In this document: in pieces, positions 40,072 to 51,627 of the stretch | How positions within the stretch are numbered: the stretch's first letter is position 1 | How the letters are laid out: every line of letters begins with the position of its first letter | From: the human T2T-CHM13v2.0 reference genome, Homo sapiens | Strand: one strand, 5' to 3' | DNA: 64,000 nt | NCBI RefSeq assembly: GCF_009914755.1 | Contig: NC_060943.1 | Made by a program: the position numbers and the translations under genes | The notes under the pieces: model-generated | The model's input: the letters and a program-made list of their open reading frames with translations, nothing else | Told to the model about the DNA's origin: nothing | Database searches by the model: none

Positions 40072-41899
40072 TTATGACAGGCTAGGAAGGAAGCGTCATA
40101 TGTGTCACTTTCCCTACCTCAAACAAAACAAAAGGGCTGACTTAAGATCTCCTTGGGTGGAGCCAGGGCTAGGTAAGTGAGCTCTAGGACTCCGTAGGAG
40201 AGCTAGGGCTGGGAGGGCCACACCCAAACGAACTAAGCTTTGGAAGCTGGGCAGCCCTCTAGCGGCTCTGCTCATGAACAGTTTCTCCAGAGGCCCCACC
40301 CTACCTATGGGGCAGCCCCTTTAAACACACCCCCACCTGCCCAGGGCAGCCTCCTAGTTCCCATGCACTGCCCCTCTCAGGACCACCCGCAGCCCTGAAT
40401 TTTTCCACCTCCAGCTGTACGATTTTGAGTGAAAATCCTTCACCAACAGAGTCTCCAAATCACCTAGACCCCAAATCTTACACCCACAGCCCACTTCCTC
40501 CATTTTCTCACTTAAAATCCCACCTTTCCCCAAATCTCTTAAAACGTCTGAGTTTGGCCTTGGATTCCACTTTTCTGCTCACTGACCCAAGGCTGCACAG
40601 CTGAACCCGCCCGCTTCCCGAGGCCTGGCTTTGGCGCCCCCTGGAGGAAGTAAGGCGCCACCAGCCATGAGGGCACGCTGCCCAAGATAGCGGGGGTAGG
40701 GCTCAGCTGGCACGCCAGTGCAGCCCGCGGTCACTCAGGAAGGCTCCAGTGCAGGCCCCACCCATGAACCGGCAAAGATGGCACAGAATGAATGAACACG
40801 GCTCTACGGCCCTGCCTACCTTGAAATCCCCTCAGCCCCCTCCAACAGCCCTGCTGTCACTCAAGATGGCGCCTGCGCAGTACACCTCTGCTGCCCCCGC
40901 CACCGGCCAACACACGTGGTACTAGGATGGACGGGGCTCACGCTCACTCCTACAGCGCAGCTGTCATTCAGTAATGGTGCCTCCGCACTGCACCCGCCAC
41001 ATTGAATGCCGGCTGCTCTATCAGACAAGACACACATGCTATGGCCCCCCTCAGTCACTCAAGACAAAGCAGACCCTCCCTCAGAACCGCACCTGCAGCC
41101 AGCCCAGCTGTCATTCAGGATGGCACCTGCACAGTACACCGTGGCTGCCACCTAATGGCCAGCAAAGATGATGCCACAGAGTGGGCGGGGCCATGCAGAC
41201 CCCGTCAGTCACTCAGTCCTCTGCACCCGGCCCTACAGCCAACCCAGCAGTCATTCAAACCAGTGCCTGTGTAACTGCCCTCACGTGCCCCATTACAGCC
41301 AAAGATTGCACCACAGTGGACCAGGCTCGGCAGCCCCTAGTCACTGAGAAAGCCCTCCCTCATGCCCGCCCCTGGGGCCGACCCAGGTGTCACTCAAGAT
41401 GGCGCCTGCGCAATCAACCTCGGGCGCCACCCTGTGGCTAGCACAGACAGTACCGTAGAGGCGGTGAGGGGCAGTGGAGGTGAGGGTGCTCTCAGCCCTA
41501 TCAGTCCCGAGGAACGGTCCCGGGCCCCAGCCCTTAGCCCCGCCAGCAGGGCGCCTGCACAACCCGCCTCGCAGCTCCCCCACTAAGCCGCCCCCATACA
41601 CAAGATGGAACCACACGCATCCTGTGGTGAACAAAGTCTTGGTCAGGCAACAACAGGGGAAGGGGTGAGCCTCTGCCACCGTTAGCCAAAAACACAGCGA
41701 GCGCGGTGATAACCCGTCACCCTGTCCTTAAGCATAAATGGCTCCGCGGCCGCTAAGGCAAACTCTTTAGGCACGTCTCCCGGCTCCCCCAGATGCGGGG
41801 ACTGAGCCAGTCCCACTGGCAAAACAGCCTGGCGACCAGCACACACAGCCCAAGGAGCGCGGCACTCCACAGCTTTCCATCACCGCAAGGCAGGCAGGC

Positions 41900-43035
41900 A
41901 CAGCAACCGTGGCCCCGCCCCTCCCTGTGGACAACCCCACACCTATGCGGCAAACCGCAGCCGCCCCGATCAAAGATGGCACCCAGGTGGGCGGGGCTTG
42001 AACAGACCGTCCCGCCCATGCCACCTGCAGCCACTTCAGCCTTGCCCCGCCGCATCTGCCGCCAACCAATCCGGGCAACGCCTGCGCGGCAAACCTCAGC
42101 TGCCCCCATCAAAGATGGCGCCCAGGCGGGCGGGCCTTGTCTCGCCCAACCAACTAGGACAGCGCCTGCGCAGCAAATCTCAAGCACTTTCATTAAAGAT
42201 GGCGCCCAGGTGGGTGGGGCTTGAACAAACCACTAGGTCCAATGCCACCCTGTCACTTCAGCCTTGCCCCGCCCCATCTGCCACCAACCAACCAGGACAG
42301 CACCTGCACAGCAAACTCCAGCAGCCCCCATCAAACATGGCATCTAGGTGGGCGGGGCCTGAGCAGATCGTCATATCCAATGCTACACAGTCACTTCAGC
42401 CTTGCCCCGCCCCCTCTGCTACCAACCAACCAGGGCAGCACCTGCACAGCAAACCTCAGCAGCCCCCATCAAACATGGCGTCCAAGCGGGCAGGGCCTGA
42501 ACAGATCGTCACATCTAATGCTACCCAGTCACTTCAGCCTTGCCCCGCCCCATATGCCACCAACCAACCAGGGGAGCACCTGCGCAGCAAACCTCAGCAG
42601 CCCCCATCAAACATGGCGTCAAAGCGGGCGGGGCCTGAGTGGATAGTTACCCAATCACTTCAGCCTTGCCCCGCCCCACTTGCCGCCAATCAACTAGAAC
42701 AGCGCCTACTCGGCAAACCTCAGCCACCCTCATAAAAGATGGCACCCAATGGGTGGGGCTGGAACAGACCATTACATCCAATGCAACCCACAGTCATTCA
42801 GCTTTGCCTCGCCCCATCTGCCACCAATCAACCAGAACAGCGCCTGCGCGGCAAACCTCAGCCACCCTCATAAAAGATGGCACCCAGTGGGTGGGGCTTG
42901 AGCAGACGATTACGTCCAATGCCACCCAGTCACTTGAGCCTTGCCCCGCCCCATCTGCCGCCAACCAACCAAGGCAGCTCCTGCGCAGCAAGCCTCAGCC
43001 GCCCTCATTTAAGATACCGCCCGAGAGGGCGGGGA
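41900..43035. repeat. Tandem array of ~138-bp GC-rich units, each with a YY1 motif (about 8 units, two shortened)
   Basis: YY1-type motif starts at 41973, 42112, 42196, 42334, 42472, 42610, 42736, 42874 and (degenerate) 43011. Recurrent cacttcagccttgccccgcccc. Confidence 0.95.
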
Positions 43036-43649
43036 AAGAAAACCCCTACAGGCAGGACAGCCCTTCGCCCCTCCCACCACCACTGCGGCAAACAAGCCCC
43101 GCCCCCAGAGGGTAGCCGGGCACGCCGGCGCCGCGAGGCCGATGGCACCCCGCAGGAAGGGGCATTTTCGCAGCCCCCAGACCCAGCCCAGGAGGCCCAG
43201 GGCTCCCGAGAGCCGCATTCCGCCGTGGCAACAGGGATAGCATTGGTGTCGACCTTGCTGGACTTGCCGTGGCAGAGCCCCCGGCTGTCTGCCCTAATGC
43301 CCCCGGTTTGCTGCGGTGGCCCCCGGCCAGTCAGAAAGGCGCGGAGACCCTGCAGCAGCCCCTCAGACCCCGGACTGCAAGATGGCGGCACCAACGCAGC
43401 AGCCCGGGCTGCGCCCACCCCTGCCCCAAAAAGGCACCAACCATCCACAGCCTGGCCGCCACTGTGCCCACTCTCGGACTGGGCAGCGGGCGGCCAAGTA
43501 CCATGTCCGCCAGCCCGCCCTGCCACAAGGGTCGCTGGCTTGCCGCGGGGTCTTGGGCTTGCGGCAAGACGGCCACTCTGGCCCAGAGCCGTCGCGACAC
43601 CAAGGTCCCGCGGGCAGGAGGCGCGCGGGGCGGCCGAAGGCGCACTCAC

Positions 43650-43794
43650 CTCACCTCAGTGCTGCGCAGCCTCGGGCACGAACAGCCGCCTAGCGCACCC
43701 TCATGGCGCCCGGCGCCCGGCGGCGCCACCAGCCCAGGGTGGACATCTCCTGCGCCTCCCAAACCTCTCCTCCCGCAGCTGCCCAGACTTCTGC
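43650..43794 (-). other. PEG3: PEG3/ZIM2 exon 1 (5'UTR); TSS approximate
   Basis: GAG|gtgagt donor at 43649 inside the CpG island. The 5' end is inferred from promoter motif positions and recall of the mRNA start. Confidence 0.8.
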
Positions 43795-43799
43795 ACCGA

Positions 43800-43975
43800 G
43801 GTGCAGCTCGACGCCTCCTTGTCAGGGCTTCTCCGCAGAGGCGGGGCTTCTGTGCTAGCCAATCAGCAGCCTCACCGCCCTCTCCGGGCCCCCTCACCAC
43901 AGCCCTGTGACGTGCCAATCAGGCTGCGGTTGCCACAGCAACAGTTTGGCGCGAAGGCTGGGGGCTGACGTCAGG
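43800..43975. promoter_or_regulatory. Bidirectional TATA-less promoter (PEG3 / MIMT1)
   Basis: GC box ~43838, CCAAT at 43859 and 43915, TGACGTG 43908, RFX-type GTTGCCACAGCAAC 43929-43942, E2F TTTGGCGCG 43945-43953, CRE TGACGTCA 43966-43973. Confidence 0.85.
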
Positions 43976-46900
43976 GAGTGGCCGTGAGGGACCCCAAAGC
44001 CAGGTCTGGAAAAGGGGGGTGGGTTGGGTGGTGGGGGTGCAGCCCCCAAAGAAATGGGGGTCGAAATGGAGGAAACCCCACTGAGATGCTCAAATGTAAA
44101 ACCGCTGAAGAATAAAGGGACAAATGTACACATCTGTCTAAATGAAAAAAATGAAAATCCTGGCCGCAAAAACACATACATTAACGTCTAAAGACCTGCA
44201 GGGAAGACAAGACTTTTCCGCCTGGGACACATGAAAGACATCGAGCTAATTTCCTTAATAAATGAAGAGCTCTTGGAAACCAACGAGATAAAGACCAAAC
44301 CAAGACAGAAAAATGGGCAAAAGGGATAAAACTGGCAATTCGCAAGAAAATCCAAACGGCTGGCCGACCTGCGAAGGAAACATCACGACCTGTTTGCATA
44401 AAGAAATGCAAACCTGAAACACCGGGCACGTGCGGTTTAGGGGAGCGGGCAGTCTCACACACTACTGAGTTGTTTCCCAGCAGCCGTCAATACAGACCTT
44501 CCACTGCGTAAGCCCACTGCATTGCCATTTAATAAAACAGCAAGAAAATGAGAGAGAAAAATAATGAGGTAGAATTGTATGGGATTATTAAGGATTGAAT
44601 TCTCAGTAGATTTAGTGAAATATACAAGTTACTGAAGTTTGTAGAAACGAACTGGTAAGTGTTTTCTCATTTATTTGTTTTTTAAGGATAAACCCAAATA
44701 TAGGTAAAACTGTTGGAAAGGTAGGCAAGAAATTGTTGATGAGTTACTTCTAGGGACAAGGAATGTGGGGTGGAAGAGGGATTTTTCCCTTCTGCCATCC
44801 ATACTGTGAATTTCCTTGGCAGAAATACGTATTTCTTCTCTGGCAGTAAAATCAATGAATTACTAAAAGTTCACTAATGTACTCTTTGGTCCAACTATTC
44901 CACTCTCAAGGAACTAAAAAAGCAAAGGAAATACAGGGATATACAGAAGATTCTATACAGGGATATTCACGGAGCATCATTTTTATCACCAAAAATGTGC
45001 TCCACAGAAAAGAATTAAACTGTATTCTGGTAAATTTACACAGCGCGATTTTAACTGACTAATAAAAATGCTGTATGATTTTAACTTTAAAGGAAAAAAT
45101 CTGTAAGATGTGGTTAATTACCAAAAGGTGTTTACCTAAGGAGCACACAGACTTTAATACCCCAAATTAAACTTTATATTATACTCAAGGAGTTATCAGT
45201 GGTTGCTTGCTACACTGAGAAGCTGCTTTATGTGTTTTAGACTCCCTAGACCATAAACAGTCTCTTTTTGCCCAGCAGTGCCACATAAACATAATATACG
45301 AATGAAAACACTGTGCTTCTTATGAAAATACACGTTCAAAACAAATTCCCCAGCAGGAATATTGAAGGTGAATGTGGTAGTACCCTGACTTAGGTTACAG
45401 ATTTTCAAATCTGGCTACTCTCATTAGGCTCACCTGGAGAGCTGTTAAACAATGCAGATTCCCAGTGTCCCACAGAGATCTTTGTTTTTCAGGTTCCCAA
45501 GGGATCCTAATGTCTAGTTAAGGTTTTGTAGGTGATTTTAATATATTTTAAAGACTCCATCATCCCCCTGTCTCCTCAAAGGCCTCTATCTGCAATACCA
45601 GTTTCTCTCCGGATCCTGAATCATTAATTTCCACAAGACACCACATGCTCTCAGAGCTCCTGCAGTTACCACCCCCTTGCTCAGCACCTCTTGGCCCTGA
45701 AAATGCCTCTTGATAGAGCAGTCTACTGTCACTAACTCAATGGTTTTACCATACATTCTCTCCTGCTAACATATATGCCCCACAGGCTTCCATCCCTTCC
45801 AAACCCACTGAAATTGCTTGACAATTTCAGCAATTCCTTATGTGGCCAAGAAACTTGCTCTTAATCTCACTTTATCTCTCAGTAATATTCAACATCCTCA
45901 TTAAAACAAGCAAACAAAAACAAAATCCCATGCATGCTATCTTATTTTTGGTGACAATTACATGGTCCTGGTTTCCGCTCCCCTGCCATCAGTGGTCTCT
46001 TCTCAGTCATAAATGGCTTCTGCTCTGCTTGCCATCTACACGCTGGAGGGTCTTGCCTCAGAACTTAGTCACTAGTCTTCTCCATCAATGTCCACTCCCT
46101 AGGTAACAACCCTTCCCTCCTCACCTAGTCACATAATTTAAATGCCACCTACATGCCAATGGCTCCCAAATTCCAATCCTCTGCCACAGGACTGTCCACA
46201 AAAGCGCAGTCTTTTGCTTAGAAACTGACTGCTCCCCTTGGATGTCTATCAGGCAACTCAAAGCATTTTAAACAAATATTAATTTCCCCTTTCCCCATTT
46301 CTATAAACAGTACCAGTTGCTGAAGCCAAAAAACAAAAACAAAAAACGACAAAAAAAACCCCTCACGATTGTTCTCGTTCCTTTTTTCCTTACCACCAAC
46401 ATCCAATTTATCAGCAAGTCTTGCTGACCCTATCTAAGGCAAATCCCAAATTTGTCCCATGATTTCCCTTTCCATGGTAGTCCTAAGAAACATTATCTTC
46501 CTACAAAAACCCTTCTTCCATTCCAAACCCTTCCTCCAGTATTCTCCACACAGTATTAAGGGTGATCTTGCAAAGCAAAAAAGATGTCAATGTTCCAGCT
46601 TGAATGACCTCCTGCCCCCATCCCAATTGCATTTAAAGTCCAAAAGCCCAAAATTAGAAGAGCCAACATTATCTTTTTTCTTAGAGGACAATTAAATATA
46701 GGTGTTGTAAAATTTCACAATCTCTTCCTTCAATGCCTAATTTAAGAAATTCTTCCCCACACTGATGTCATAAAGATATTCAAATAGCTGTGCATTTTAG
46801 TTTTCTTTATGGTTATTTTTGCCTATGTTCTGTGTTAGGGATCTAATTTTCCCCTGACTTTGTATCATATTTCTCTATATGAGCAGGTCTGTGCTTGAAC

Positions 46901-47668
46901 TCTCTTGTTGGTCCCCTGATCCATTTCTCTATCTCTGTGCATTAACGCACCATATTATTACAGCTTTACAGTATCTTGGTATTTGAAAGGGCGACGGCCC
47001 TACCTTGTTTTTCAAAAGTGTCTGGCCCTACCTTGTCTTTCAAAATTATCTGACTCTTAGCCCACCATCTTTCAAATAATTTTTAGAAGCAGCTTTTAAA
47101 GTTTGATGAACTATCCTATTGAGATTCTGACATTTTATTAAATCCACACAGCAATTTAGAGAAATTGAAAACATTATATCAAGATCTCTCATCTTTGACC
47201 ACTGTCTATATCTCTTACGGCTGTCAATGATACACTGTAATTTTTTTTCCCTATAAAGGCCTTATTTGACTTTAGGAGGTCCTTTTTTTCCCCCATTAAT
47301 TGTATAATTGGTTATTTAATAGTTTCAGAATTACAAAAAAGTTGCAAAGATAGTACAAAACTTCCCCACCCTGTTTTCCCTGATGTTAATACCTTACATA
47401 ACCTTGCTACTTTGTCAAAAAGAAGAGATAATATTAACACTAAACAAACTACAGACTTTGTTTTGATTTCACCCATTTTTCCATTACTATCTTCCTTCTG
47501 TTCCAGGATCTCATCCCAGACACAGCATTACATTTAGTGATTACATCTCCTTAGGCTCCCCAAGGCTGTGACAGCTTCTCAGTATTTTGTAGAATACTCA
47601 GTTTGTTTGATATTTTCTCACAACTTGATTTGGGTTATGAATTTTTGAGAAGAGTATCTGCTATTGCC

Positions 47669-48308
<640 letters not shown>

Positions 48309-51300
48309 CTCATTGACAATCATACCTCACTTCATTAACATAATGCATTGGCTAGGACTTCTGGGGTGATATTGAACAAGTCTTGTCCTATATTTGAAAG
48401 GGGATACTCTTATCTTTACTATGAAAGGGGATACTCTTATCTTTACTATGAAGTAAAAACATTCACTGCAGGCTTGTTTTGTACAGCCTCTTTATTGGGG
48501 GTTAAGGAAATTGCCTTAAGTTCTAGTTTTTTAAAAAAATTTATCATAAGTTTAATTTTATATAATGACTTCTCTGCATTCATTGGGAAGATTGTATTAT
48601 TTAACATCATCTGATGATTGGTGAATAAAGCAGGTTTTATGTTGAAAACTGTATTCCTAAACCCTGCTTGATCATGATTATGTGTATCTGATTCGTATAC
48701 ACATGCAGCTGGGTACTACTGAGTTATACTTTTTTATTACACTATCCTTGTCTGGTTTTGCTACCAAGGTTGTAACAGCCTTATAGAATGATTTGGATTG
48801 TTATCTCACTTCTTATATTCTCTACCATAGTTTATAAACTCCTCTCCATTGGAAATTATGTCCCTTTTTCTATTACTAATATTATTAATCTCTCCATGTT
48901 TCTCCATCAGTTTTGCTAAAGATTTGACAGTTTTGTCTTTTTAAAATGACTTGATTTTGTTGACCATATTCTTCCTTCTTTTCCATGTAATTAATTTCTG
49001 TTCTTTTTGTAGTTCTTTCTTGTTCAGTTCTGTATTTCATTGTTTCCATTAGATTTCCTCTTTGCGACATGAAGAAACGTCTTTGGGGTCAAAGATCTTG
49101 GGGAAAAAAACTATCTTTTGAATACAGATTTCCAAATTAATTGCATTATACTCATATAGCATGGCCCATATGCTACTATTTCACATTTGTCAAAGCATCC
49201 TTGGTGATCTTAAGATATGGTTAATTTTAATTGTTCAATATATTAGAAAAGAATGAGTATTGTCTAATTGTTAGGTATCAATTTCTATTTATGTTCATAG
49301 GATCAACTTGTTAACTGTGTTCAGATTTTTAGTATTCTTGGTAATTTTTTGTCTGCCTGATCTATCTGTTCTAGATATAATAAAATCTCCCAATATTCCT
49401 ATGGTTTTATCCACCACTCCTTATAATTAATAGTTTTTGCTTTATATATATATATTTCAAGGCTATGTTTTTAGGTGCAAACAAGGCCATGACTCTTTGT
49501 TGAGAAACACAGGGAAGTTAATCTGCTTACATTTTTAATTATTGATGTATTTGTTTAATATGCTTTTGGTCATTTATTTTCTCCTTTCCTGCATTCTACT
49601 AAATTGATCAAGTTTTCTTTAGTCCCCTTTCTTCCTTCTGCTTATTTGGGAGGTTTCAATTATATTTATTACTTCACTGTCTATCTTTAAGTTCCTAATT
49701 TCTACATAAGCATATATTTTTTTAACAGACTATAAAGTACTAAAGCAAACATGTTGGCACACGTTAGCAATTCACTGGATTTCCCATTCCCACCTTCATT
49801 AATATTGTCTAGAATTTTAATTATACCTGTTTTAAACAAATGAAAACATTTTTACAGTCAATGATTAATTATATTTACTGGTATTTCAAGAATTTATTCA
49901 CTCATTCTTGTTTCTTGAATCTCACTCCTCGTCCCTCGAGGTTTACTTTTTCTCATTGCAATAAATCCTTAAATGTGTCTTTAAATAAGTGTATAAGGTA
50001 GTCTATTTGTATTTCTAAAAATGTCTTTATGAGACATTTTTGAATGACATTTTAGCCAGGTATGGAATTCTTAGGTAACCTTTATCTTCTCTCCTTATTT
50101 TGAAGATATTATTCCATTGTCTTCTAACAAACCTGATGAGGAGGTCTGCATCAGCGTAATGTTCCTTTCTAATAACGTCTAGTTTTTCCCGCGGTAGCTT
50201 TCAGAATAGATGTTATGTATAGATTTTTGTTTATCCTGCTCAGGATTGATGTGACCAATGAAGGTCTTTCTTCCATTCTGGAGAATTCTTGGGCCAGTGT
50301 TTCTTTAAATAGAACTTTTCTGCCATTCCATTTCTACTCTTTTCAACCTATAAAGTATAATGACCCGTCTTAATCCATCCTCCATTTGTCTCAATCTTTC
50401 TGTTTTTCATACTGTTTTCTGTGCTTTCTGAGTAACTTCTCTTTTTAACTGCATCTGGTAATAGCATTTCCCTAGATGTTTTAAATACAGTAACTATGTT
50501 TTCTGTTCTATGATTTCCAATTGGTACTTTTTTTATATCTACCTTTCTCAAATGGATGAACATTTTATGGACACTATTCTTTATTTCTTCAAAAATCGTA
50601 AAGTCACACTAACACTATTTGAATTGCATTTTGAAAGGACTGAATTCATGTCTTGATTGCTAGTTTTGCTGTCTTGTTCATTTTAAGATTTCCTAACTTT
50701 AACCCAGTGCTTTGCAAGTTTAGTTTCTAAGTGTTTTTCCTATGGGTTATCTTTTCCCCTCCTCTCTGAACTTTTCTTCCCTCCATGTCTTTTTGGCTGT
50801 CTCTACCTCACCCATGAGAAGCACAGTCCAGAGACAATCTTGTATTGTCAACTGGGGATTTTGTGCCATGTGACAAAAGGGGTGTATTAGTCACTGAGCA
50901 AGATTAAAGCTTAGGCTGGGTCCTCTCTGCATGGCTTTGTTTTTTCACCCCCTGCCACCACTCGTAAGTAAAAAACCTGGGTATCCATCACTGTTTGTTG
51001 TTGTTGTTGTTTTTCCAGGCTCCTTTTATGTCAGGAGAGTCCAAATCCAGTACCTGTTTGCCACAATGAGCCTGGGACCTCAACATGCATGGAGTGCTTC
51101 CGGACCTCATTACCCAAGAGCAGTCAGATTCTTAATTTCCTCTGCCTTTTTCAAGATCATTAGTTCAGAAGGTTTATGTTTTCAATTCCACATATCCTTG
51201 CATTTTTCTTTCAAGTTTTGACCCATATGGATATCTTAAATATTCCTATTATTGCAAGTTTATATTAAAAGGAGGTTAAATTGTGAACTCACAAACTCAT

Positions 51301-51339
51301 AGCATCATAGCACCATCTCAATCAAAAGTATTATCTTCT

Positions 51340-51627
51340 GTGAACTACAACAGTTTTCACTTCTTTCGCAAGTGTGGAGTGACGTTTGCCTGAGGCTGTA
51401 TGACCTGTGATATCATGACAAATTGAAGGCCAAAGCAGATGCGAATCCAGCTGTTTTCTATTAAGTCAAATGCCAAGGAGATTTACAAAGATGTAAAATA
51501 ATGCGCCTCTTCTCAATAACCTTTGGTTTTGAAAATTGTTATTTTTCATAAAAAATGTTGCTTCCATTAACCTGTAATAGGTTTACTACCATTATTTTAA
51601 ATAAAATACACATTTCAAATGGCTTAA
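51340..51627 (+). mobile_element. Charlie1-type (MER1/hAT) fragment, left part
   Basis: gcagatgcgaatccagctgttttctattaagtc...gagatttacaaagatgtaaaataatgc resembles Charlie1. Confidence 0.7.

Larger units (their letters stand above)
40600..44060. promoter_or_regulatory. PEG3 imprinting control region / DMR CpG island
   Basis: GC- and CpG-rich ~3.4 kb over exon 1 and intron 1, with about 13 YY1-type AA(G/C)ATGGC(G/A) motifs and at least 11 TGCCGC/GCGGCA hexamers. Confidence 0.92.

Noticed and set aside
41900-43035. CRISPR-like regular repeats
   Set aside because: Whole units are homologous, with no unique spacers and no cas genes; this is a mammalian tandem repeat.
41753-43968. Long ORFs of 141-363 aa on both strands in the ICR, some with 46-aa repeats
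   Set aside because: By-products of high GC content and a 138-bp (multiple of 3) repeat; no domain similarity, and all frames show them.
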